Positions 53,426 to 64,000 of a stretch of DNA of 64,000 nucleotides are shown here, one piece after another. The DNA lies in assembly GCA_965153285.1 (NCBI GenBank), contig OZ229113.1. One strand, given 5' to 3'. The notes under the pieces were generated by a model. It did no database searches and was not told the DNA's origin. It saw nothing but the letters and a program-made list of their open reading frames with translations. The DNA is from Podarcis tiliguerta (taxonomy: Eukaryota). The position numbers and the translations under genes were made by a program. Within the stretch, counting starts at the first letter, position 1. Every line of letters begins with the position of its first letter.

Positions 53426-56400
53426 GTAAGACTCAAACAATTTGAATAATTTGAATAATAATTTGAAGGTAATGTACCATTGCACAGTGATATAGTTCAC
53501 AAAAGCTTATACCATAAGGTGCCAGAAGACTCTGTTGCTTCTCCTTTGGTCAGTTTCTTTCTTTAATTTTCTCTCTTGGCATTAAAAAAACCCAAAAACC
53601 AATTTCCTAAACTAGGTTGCAGTCCCAACTCCACTTACCTGAGAGTTAACCCCATTAAAAGGGCTTAGTCCCAGGTAAATGGGGTTAGGAAATACAGGCC
53701 ATATCTAACGCAACAGCTCTGCTAGTGCAAGGGACTCCCATATGAGCAACAGAACTTACTCTCCTATCCCCATCATTTTCCTATGCCCTTAACATCAGCT
53801 TTGGAGGGTTGGCGGACCACCGTAGGAGATTTTGGGGCACATGGGAAGAGGACAGTAAACCTCACTAGTTCAGCATGAGATACACACTGAGTTAAAAAAT
53901 GAAATTTAAACAAAAACGAGAAAGAGGACAAATGTACAGAAACATCCACGCAAAGCAGTGGCAACAAAACGTCTTTAGGCAATTTTTAAGGTGTTTTTTT
54001 TTGTTAGTAATAAAAAAGAAAATATATAAATGTCAATGTAACAGTAGTGTATATATCCATAAAGAAATGATAAGCAATACAGTACAAAGTTATTTGGTAT
54101 TAATTAGCGTAAATCAGTCCATAACCATTTTATGTTTATGTTGCTCCTAATATATTATTCAATATTTTCTTGAATCTTACGCCCAGATTACTTTTTAAAG
54201 TGTATGATGACATTGTTGTTGCTATTCTTTACTAAAAAATAATTACTCTTGCTGATGTGGTTAGATTATGCAAAAATTAGATACTGTATAAATTACTGTT
54301 ATTTGGTCCTTTACTGTTATGTGTTTTCCATGTTGTCAACTGTATTGGTCAGAGAATCAATGGCCCAGCAAAAGGATTAGTAGCAGATGAATGGATCCCC
54401 ATTAGTACTCTTTAAAGTCACACATTTGCGCATCTCAGTATGAATTATTTCCATAACTAATCACTTGTTATTCCACATGTATTTGATATTATTGTAGCTG
54501 ACACCAACTTTAATGATACTGATTAACATGGTTACAAGTAACTATTGCTGTAGGTTTAATTTAACTGAACTGTTAAAATGTCAAGAGATGGTAGTTGTGG
54601 GCACAGTTCCATCTTCCTCCGAAATAAATCTATCACAGTAGCCAAATAGATCTTACAGATTCATATGCTTTCGTAAGGGATATAGTTTTGATCTGAGCTT
54701 CGTAATGAATGGATATTTATTTCCTGGTAAAATCATTCATCATTGTCATTATCCTGGAATAAAAATAGAAACATGGGACATAAATTGTATAGCTGCTGGT
54801 TGGAGAAGGTTTAAAATTAAATTGTGGTTGATTTTTTATCCCTAGTAGATTCACATGAATCAAATTTCAAGACAGTAGTAGGTAGAAGTATGTTTTAAAG
54901 TCTTTTGTTAACTGTTTTTTGATAGCATGTTTAATTAATACCCTTTTATGGGAAACTGAAACTGGTCCCGAGTTAAATAGTCTCAACAATAGCCATCAGT
55001 TGCAGCCAAGGTTATGGAATCAGCTTAGAGACCCTGGTTTCCATAGAACCCAATACATGGCCCTATGAGGACTAAGTTTTAAGTTATCTGCAAATGGGAT
55101 TTTGCTGATCAACCACTGAATCTGCAGTCCTGTTGTTCACAGTAGTGGAAGGCAAACTGATCAGGCCCAATTGTCATCATGTAGCCAACTGGGGATCCTG
55201 AAAATTCTGGAGTCCCACCCTCTCTCTGCTCTCAGAATGCCCTGATTTGGGACTTTCCTCTGGAATGAATACCGCCAGTGAGCTACCTGCCTTCCCACAC
55301 GTTTGGTGGCCGGCAAGAGGCTAAGTGAGTCTAAAGAGCTGGGCAAAGGGACATCTCCACCTAATCTCTCCTGCACTGTGTAAGGGGATTTTGGATTGTT
55401 CTGCTCGTTAAGTGAGAACATAAACCAAGCGGGCAAAAATAATGGGAGTAGCCTTCCCATCCTTATAAACATACACAGTATATTGCTATGGTCTATATCA
55501 GAGGCGGATTTAGGAGAGTGTGACTGGTTTGGTCACACTGGACAACTGTGATGAAGAATAGAAGACGAGAGACAGGGGTGCTGAATTTGGGCATTGCACA
55601 GGCTGCTGATGAAATTTGAGACCCCTTGGTCTGCCACTCCAGAATCTTCTTCCTGAAAGAACCAGCCATCAGTCTTCATGTTCCCCAGTAGTGTAGTGTT
55701 AACATTGTGCTCTTCCTATGATTTGCTCATTGTTTTCCGGTGCACTATATCCTCATAACAACACTGTGACATATGTTAGACTGAAAAATAGTGAGTTGCA
55801 TGCAAAAAGTACGTTCCTCTGACAGTGACTGGCCTAAGTGATCATCCAGTAAGTTTCATCAGTGAATAGTGAACCTAGGCTACTCAATTCTAGTAGAACA
55901 TTTCTAGGCTGGTGGTTTACTCAATCATTGATAAATCAGGCCAGGAATACGTTAATAAATGTTGTTTTCCATAAGGATTATTTCTGACAGCACATAGCAT
56001 TTGTAGGTGAATAGAAATCTCCACTAAAAATGTCAATTCCAGATAATTATAACCCTTTGTCTCTGCCTTGGCTGTGATTTTTGTCCTTATCCCCAAAGAT
56101 TATATATGTAAATCCACCAGTTCTCCTTAGGAATCCTCACCATTTCTGTTTATGCTAGATATTCATTAATCACTCTAAACCTTTCATTCTCCCAGCAAGA
56201 ATGCATACATAATCCTCTTTAAATGTGCTGGATTTATGAAAGTTGTAGCAAATATTATGATTCATAGTTCTAGTACATATTTAAGACTGCGATTAAGTAG
56301 TGGATCTTTTTCTCTCATTCATGAATGGTACAAGCTGTGCTTCTCTCATTTATGATATCAATATAGAAACTGAAATATGATTACAGATTTGGTATTCATT

Positions 56401-57590
56401 CCAGAAGAATGCCTCATCCTGTAGATATTTTGTTTTCTAAAAATATATTTGCATTTTTGTAAAAGAAATGCACATCTGGATTCTATCAAATAAGCCTAGG
56501 AAAGAACTGAGGAACTCAATTTTAGAAATGAAGTCTAAATGGTAAAGTTTAAAATAGCCCTTCCCCGTAGCTGAGCAAAACCCAATTAACCACAATCCAT
56601 AGAACCAACGTGAATGAATACACTTTCCAACCTGATTTGGATGCTTGGCACACAAATTTCTGAAAAGTCAAATTACTAGAGAATTTTGTTCTTAACTGTC
56701 AGAGAGAGGCAAATTTTAGGAAACAAAAATAAATGGCCATCAAAATTCCTTTGATTTGATTTCAAGAGCAATGAAATTGATACAGTTCCCAAGCGCTATT
56801 GCCACTTCATCTGCTAATGGGCTTCTCTAAGCCTTTCTTTCTCCATTCTTAAAATGAAATCAGAGTGCACTTTTCCTAGCCAGTTTACAAACACACTGAT
56901 GGCATCTAAAGCAGCTTAAACATATTTCTGCTCTGCAAATGCATGCCTGCCTGAGGAGAGCCAGTGCCCGCAGTGCCAGTGGCTGGCCACTGAGGGTGGG
57001 AGCTGAGAAGGGCACCCAGCAGAACTGGTGCCAGGATGGGGGCACGGATAGTGGCAGGGAGAAGGTGTCTCCTGCCCCATTGGTTAATCAAAGGCTGCCT
57101 TCCCTTGCTCCGGCAGTAGCCCGGAGCAAGAAAAAGCCAATCTATCTATTTTGCGGTGACCTGAGTAAATATGGTTGCACACGAGTACGGGGTGCATAAG
57201 GGGTGCCTTTACTCACACATGCATTCTCTCTCTCTCTCTGACACAGACTCACACACAGAACGTTAAACAAGCCATTTCTCCTTTGCCTTTTATATTGGAT
57301 CTTTCCACTAAACCTCTCCACCAAAACTCCCCTCGCTTTTCTTTTACTCCCCAAGTCCATTAATTCCCTCACACACACACACTCCAGGGCTATAACTCCC
57401 TCACACTACATCCCTAGTATCTTCTTTGAATTACTACTCACAGCTTCACCTCTCATACAATCTCAAGCCTATATTCATTGTTCAATCAAAAGCTAGGAGT
57501 ATTATATGCTACATATTTTAGACAAAAGCTTGCTGCTTCTTTTCAATTGTATCTGATTCATCTTTTGTGTTGCTTAACATGGCATTGCAG

Positions 57591-57763
57591 AAAATTAAAG
57601 ACAGCCTAGGGAGATACTCAGGACAGATTGAAGTTATTCGCAATAAGAAGACTGCAGTTTTAAAAAGTGCCACACCTGGAGAAGCTGGAAGGATACAGGA
57701 AAAGCTGACACAGCTTACTTACCAGTGGGAAAAAGTTAACAAGATGTATCAGGACCGACAAAC
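57591..57763 (+). CDS. DMD: Dystrophin exon 43 equivalent (ends in phase 2)
   Basis: ttgcag|AAA...AC|gtaagt; 173 bp; KIKDSLGRYSGQIEVIRNKKTA...QWEKVNKMYQDRQ. Confidence 0.96.
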
Positions 57764-60221
57764 GTAAGTAGCTTATTTACAGTTGTTCATTATCTTAACA
57801 AGCCTCATTAGTATTTGGCTTACATTGTGTAGTAGCACCTTTGAATATTCTCTGTGGAAAATATTTTGCTGATTTCGGATTGAATCTGTCTTAATATGTG
57901 GATGGTCTTGGTATTTCTCTATGGATAATGTATTCATACAATCATTTGACTAAAACTAGATTAATGCACCTCACTGTTTGTATTATTGCAATCAAGCTAA
58001 TATAGATATCTTCCTCAATAAAGGGGCTATTGTTTTTCTTACATTTTGGGATGATAGAATAATAAGAAAATAAGGAGGAGTGGGTTAGGAAAAGTAGTTC
58101 TGGTCTAGCTGTCACTCTTAAGACACAGCAGTTTCTTTTGTGATAGAAGCCACTGTGTACCTGTTTAATTACATTTAATTATAAATTTACATTTACATTT
58201 AATTATAAGTGGTGCTTTTGGAAGCACTCTATAAAATATGCACAGATTGTTGCAATCATAGTGAATTTTGGTGGAAGGAGTTGGGTGAAAAGAAGGCTGT
58301 ATCTTTATTGAGATTAATCATGACTGCAAATAGTTTGGCAATGTATCATGAGGAACTTGAGAACGGTATTGAGGAAGTCCAGTGATAACCCAGGGCCAAC
58401 TGCAAGGTAAAACATTGAGGCAGAAGAAAGCAGAGGCCAGTGCAGTTTGGCCATTGTTGCCTTTAAGCCACCATTGCTTTCTAAGTTTAAGACTGGGAAG
58501 TGCACCAAACCTCAAGGTTTCTTCATGAAGCCCTGCCTAGTTTAGTGGATTATAGAAGTCTCTTCCCAGTCTAAGTCTAAGTAAGACTGGAGTACCTGGC
58601 TGCTGTAAAGGTATCAGTTGCAACATGAGAAGTACAGACGTCTGAATACAAATATCCCTTCTCCCTCCTGGTAAGCTACAGCAACACTGGTGACATGAGG
58701 TCAGTTAAGAACTGCTGCCCTGGCCTAGTAACTACTCTGTCTGTATATATGATGTGTGAATGGAGCTATTAATGTTGGCTTCTTTGTACTAAATGTGGTC
58801 CATGATATCATGGTACTAATGTCACGTATCACAGTATTTTCTATGGCAGACAAGATAATCTATTGATGAGAATCTAAAGTAGCCCTAAAATGTGAATACT
58901 ATTAATTAAAATGTGGTTGGTGGATTTAAATTTTGTCTTCTAATTATTGTTATACTGATAGTAAACACAATAAAAAGGGACACACTCTTAAATTTAATTG
59001 CCATTATTCAAAGGCAAAATTCTATAGCAGCAGCAGCAGGGGCTATATTGTTTCAATATAGGAGTGATTTTTCAGAAGTGTTTAGTGTTTGCATTTTGTT
59101 GTATGAAACTTTGATGTGCTTTTGGCGAGCAAGGGTAGTAATCAGTGTAGAATATAATAATAAGAGTATATTGTTACACCATTGAACAACAAATATTTAA
59201 CACATGTAAGAACAACTTGATATCAGATGTGTTAAAATGAACTGCAAATTATATTCCACACTGTAGATGTGCATAGAAGTGTATTTTATTAAAATGCAAT
59301 CTGTATCTAGCTCTTGTTTTGGTTCATTCTTTGATATTTCTCTCCCCCTGCTTTCTCCCAGTGTGATACATTAAACAGCTAACCTTGTATTGGCTTCCTT
59401 TAGCTCATTTAGGCTGTAATCCTATAAAAACTTGCCTGAAAGTAAGTCTCATTGAGTTTTCTTCTGACCAGACATGCATAGGAATGCATGAAATGACTAC
59501 AGGACCGAGCTGATAAGATAATTTGGAACTGGAAAAAATATGCCATTAATCCCCTATATGTCATTGCTGTTTGGCCTCCTCTTCTAAAGCGCAACTTAGA
59601 GACAGATGTATGATCTGGGAAGGTTTCCAGGTTCTCTCTTTGTGTGTGTTTCCCCCTTTTTAAATTAGACAACTTGGCATTGTCTGCATTATGCAGGATT
59701 CTTCTGTTTGTCTCTGTGCCATCTGTGGCAGTGAAAATGAGTTATATTTGCCTCACATGGTGAGGTGCTCACCAAGAGAATAACAATGTTTTCTCAAAGC
59801 TTAGCCTCAGACACATTTTTGCTCTCTGCTAAACAAAAAGGAATTCTGTGATTTATATTATTATCACCACCATCATCATCATCCCTCTTGCTAGATTCCT
59901 CTGGCAGTCTGCAGCAGGGTGGGCAGCAATTCTAGAAAGTAGGGCTTTTGGCTCAGCCTTATTTATTGAATATATATTATTTAAACACTCTTGCCCAGAT
60001 AACACAAAAACTGTAAATGCTGATTTACCCCTGCCCAAAAATACCCTCCCCAAAATACCTCCAGGACTGATTTTGTTGATCTAGTAGTTACTCTAGCATA
60101 TCATATGGTGATCTAGCATATCATATGGATGTGCTACTGCTGTCACATGCTGACAGCTTCTAGTAGCCACAGATAAAAGTTGAGTGCAGGGTGGGGACCA
60201 GAGATGGTATGAGGTATGAGC

Positions 60222-60382
60222 CACTTGTGGAAGAAGGGGGTGTGGTGGGTGCGGTTCGCCCTGGGTGTCATCTGGGGGGGGGGTGTTGACATTGCCGTCC
60301 CGTCCCCTGGGATGCTTGCCCTGCCCCTGGGTGCACAGCATGTGTGCTGCTCTGGGTGCCAGGGCAGCTAGCTCCGCCTCTG
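60222..60382. mobile_element. hAT-type MITE (younger member of a stacked pair)
   Basis: TSD GTATGAGC at 60214-60221 and 60383-60390; right end TCCGCCTCTG, left end degenerate. Confidence 0.6.
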
Positions 60383-60389
60383 GTATGAG

Positions 60390-60740
60390 CAGAGCCAGTC
60401 CTGCCACTAGGCACAGAGAGGCCACTGTGTCAGGTTGCAGAAGTCCTCAAGGTGGCACCTCTGTGGGCTCCCAGTCTAGCTCACCACCTCTGTCAATAGT
60501 GGAGAAGTGGAGCCAGCATCCGTGCCAATTTGGAGTAAGATCTCACCTCAAATTGCATAAGATCTTGCACTATTTTGATCTCACCCCAAGTTGGTGTTGA
60601 TGGCAGTGGTTCTTCTCTGCCAGCAGCGGATGCAGCAGATTGCACAGGGCAGGAGGTGGCGGTGGCAGAGTAGGTAGTGCAGGCGGCGGCAGCAGTGGCA
60701 GGGCAGCACTCAGGTGGTGAAACAAGACGTGCCACCCCTG
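60390..60740. mobile_element. hAT-type MITE (older member of a stacked pair)
   Basis: CAGAG...CCCTG termini; GGTATGAG on both flanks (60382-60389 and 60741-60748). Confidence 0.65.
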
Positions 60741-63700
60741 GGTATGAGGCAGAGATTCTGTGCTCATTTTTTAAAATTGAAAATGCATTAAATTACGTGG
60801 CGATGTTCCAAGTAAAGGTTCTTCATACTGGAGCACAAGAATATTAATGTATGTATGGGCTCTTGCCATCAGCACATGAAAGGGTCTTACCAAGATGCAA
60901 AGCAAAAATGCAGTTTATTTCTTAGCTGACTGTTAACAAAGTAAGTACCAGAAGACACTGAAGCATAAAATGTTAAATTGCATGAACTTTCGTTTTGTTT
61001 TCTGGTTTAATCTTTTTCTCGCCATAGTGTCACTTTTGCTGTCACTATTTTACTGGGCTGTTCTGGAACGTGGCCGTGTCCCTGAAGCCATCTGTGTTTT
61101 TCTGAGAATCATCTGAGCTGCACAGAAATGCTTGGGAAAACGGAGATTAAGGCAGACAATATGGCCTCTAGCACTTCGCTTCTAGTTATAAGAAGTGGAA
61201 GTATCATTACAATTCTGCCCTTGAGACATGGATCAAGAACCTTGCCAACATGCATTTTTGATGCTTAAACTTCAGGATTGGTTTTAGAAACGGTGGCGCT
61301 CTCCTCCCTTGCGCTTTCAGATTCAATTTTTGTGTTAGTCACTTTAGTGTACATATATATTTTTGCATTTCAGTACAATATCTTGTGTTAAAATGTTTTT
61401 CAAAGGAGTAAGGAAATAAGCATATAGGTGATTCCATTCTAGTGAGCAAATACAATAACATCAAAATATCACTGAGTGAGTGAGACCCTTTTATTTGCTT
61501 CTGCTTTTCCTGTCAAAAAAGGCATTGCTGTTTCTCTGTACTGGTCTGACTATTATTTCATAAATTATGCGAGTAATCAATGTTTTCAACATGTAGGCCA
61601 ATTAGTTTGTTTCTGGCAATTGCCACCATCCGATTCTACCAAAATAAACAGGCTATTTGACAAACCATCATTTTGTTAAATAAAACAAATGCAATCTAAA
61701 GAATACTGTTGGTTTAATGCTACAGATTATTGCATTTTCAGTGCACAGCAAGACTGGCATAATGAGGTCAGAGTGGGCATCATAATTCACCAAAGGTAAA
61801 TACTTAGCTTATATTTTGTGGTCACATAGCAGCAAAATGTGATTAACAATTAGAATTGTCAACAAAATTCATTATTCCCTTGTTTGGAATACAACCTTTA
61901 GTACAATATTCCAATCTGATGCAAGAATTAGAAGCCTATATTCCTAATATTTCTCTGCTTTGGATTGTAATCTGAGATGGAAAAGAACTTCCAGCTGTAT
62001 TCTGCCTCATAATAACTCACTCATTTCCAGTGCCTCTCCAAACCTGGCTATTGTAGATGCAGCTACTGCAGGAAGTAGGCTTCTCTTTCCCCCTCCCTGG
62101 GTGCATATGGATCACTACTACAGCAGCAACCCATGTGTTGGTGCCTTTGAAAATGCATGGGCTCCTGCTGCCTTGGGAGTTAAATATTTTTCCAAGAGGG
62201 ACGTGGAAGAAAGAAGGTATTACATAGGAAGTGGGACCAGTAACTTGAAGATGGGACCATTGGGTTAAGTTCTACTTCCATGTATTTGTTCTACAGCTGG
62301 AGGGGAATGCAGGGCAGGAGAGACCCACCTGTGCATTCTACAGACTCTATCCTTGTGTTCAAAATCACCAATCCCAACACTAATCATCAAAGGGGTTGGC
62401 TCATATTCATTGTCCTTCATTCCTTAGAGTTTCACCCTGATCTCAAACCTACTTTGATTATCTGTTTCCTTGTAAAACATGAATTAGCTCTCCCCTTCCA
62501 GGTGTCACCGTCTTGTATCTGTTCTGTTGGCCACTGCTTTTACACAAGTTACTTCAATGACTAAAATCTTCTTCTTGTGAGTTGCTGAAGGCACTCCCTC
62601 ATTACATTATTATTTTATTAATCATAATGTCAGAGAAAGATATGGAATCATTTGGCTTGATGTGAATAAACTTTCTTTGCTATTTCTAAGTGCTTGTGGT
62701 CCAGGAACAACTACTATACGAAACAGCATCATGAGATTCTTTGCGAGTTGGTGAGCTGGTGCTCTTAACTGATGCACCAGCCATAACCTATGCCAATTCC
62801 CCAAAAGGCTTCTCCTTGCCAACAGACATCATAGTAATCTTAACTGGATTGAGGCTAAGCCATGTGGCTGATTTCCAGGCCCTTCTTAACCATGCCAAAA
62901 ACGGAGAAAGCATGGAAGCAGAAAAATCGGATAGTAAACAGGAAAAGATTCATTGATATGCAGTCAGATAGCAATCTTGTCCAAATCATTTATGCAGATA
63001 CAAATCTGAGAATTTGTTTCTAATTGCAATGTTAGTGCTTGCTTCCACTAATTCATCTGTGACAGACTTTCCCCCTTTCTTTCTAAAAGACTTGGTGCAG
63101 GATATAATTTGTTGGACTGCCACACACCCAGCTTTCCTTATTTTCAGTGCTTTATGAATATTAAATAGTAGCAGTTATATGCCATGCTAGGCATATAATA
63201 GTTTAAGATGAAGGAATAGGAGTGTCATATTCTAATTACTGAACTTCTTTGTTGTAACTGAGTTTGTTGTTTTGGGGACTAAGAATATTAGATCAGAAAA
63301 TATGTTTATAGGTTAGTCATTGGTGATCTGGATTTTTTTCTTTTCAATAGCACTATGATTTCCTTATATTAATAGCTGCATGAGCTGCAAATCCCATGTT
63401 TTGTCTTCTTCATACTGGTGCCTCAATAAGATGCATATTGTGTTTGACTCTTGCTTACTTGGAGAAACATTATTCAAAAGTTATCTATTTTGTCCTTATC
63501 TAAAAAGTTAAATCCCTTTTAAAAAAAATTTAAAATTGGTATATTTTGTTCAGTTGTTTAGAAACTTTACAACAACGTTGGGGAAACTGGCCCTTCAAGA
63601 ATGGTGGAAATACAACTCCCAGCATCCATTATCATTGGCCATGCTGGTCATGAGGGCTAGACACCAGCAACATCCAAAAGACTACCCAGGAAAAAACACA

Positions 63701-63766
63701 ATCTTATACCGATGGAGCCTGTTCTAATTGTAATGTGGGTGGGTGGGTGCAATTAGGGTTGCCATA

Positions 63767-64000
63767 GGGACACGGGTGGCGCTGTGGGTAAAAGCCTCAG
63801 CGCCTAGGGCTTGCCGATCGAAAGGTCTGCGGTTCGAATCCCCGTGGCGGGGTGCGCTCCCGTTGTTTGGTCCCAGCGCCTGCCAACCTAGCAGTTCGAA
63901 AGCACTCCCGGGTGCAAGTAGATAAATAGGGACTGCTTGCTAGCGGGAAGGTAAATGGCGTTTCCGTGTGTGGCTCTGGCTCGCCAGAGCAGCGATGTCA
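63767..64000 (+). mobile_element. Sauria SINE 5' part (truncated by the window end)
   Basis: GGGACACGGGTGGCGCTGTGGG...GGTTCGAATCCC...CCTGCCAACCTAGCAGTTCGAAAGCAC; Pol III A box near 63777 and B box at 63831-63841. Confidence 0.9.

Noticed and set aside
1014-57763. Utrophin rather than dystrophin
   Set aside because: Peptides, exon sizes, dystrophin-type exons 38-43 and the Dp260-like exon all fit DMD
1-64000. CRISPR array, prokaryotic operon or defence system
   Set aside because: The sequence is vertebrate exon-intron DNA with no repeat-spacer arrays or long ORFs

Overview
Vertebrate genomic DNA carrying the central rod-domain part of the dystrophin gene (DMD) on the + strand. It is very probably from a squamate, likely a lacertid lizard, judged from a Sauria SINE and a BovB LINE. 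Eighteen consecutive coding exons, matching human exons 26-43 as I recall them, can be placed to the base. All have AG/GT boundaries and the lengths I recall for human (171,183,135,150,162,111,174,156,171,180,129,171,123,138,153,183,195,173 bp). They join into one open frame of spectrin-like repeats. The most notable feature not in the ORF track is a 39-bp alternative first coding exon in intron 29 (8145-8183, MAGKKRRNLSYKK|GT). It matches the N-terminus of the mammalian retinal isoform Dp260 and has CRX/OTX-type TAATCC sites upstream. The introns hold many non-autonomous DNA transposons: hAT MITEs with 8-bp TSDs (including one stacked pair), Tc1/mariner MITEs with TA TSDs, and palindromic Harbinger-like MITEs. 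They also hold LINE 3' ends (BovB, L2/CR1-like), two tRNA-derived SINEs, a long hairpin and microsatellites. Most ORFs in the supplied track are spurious. All comparisons to human sequence are from memory, not from an alignment.
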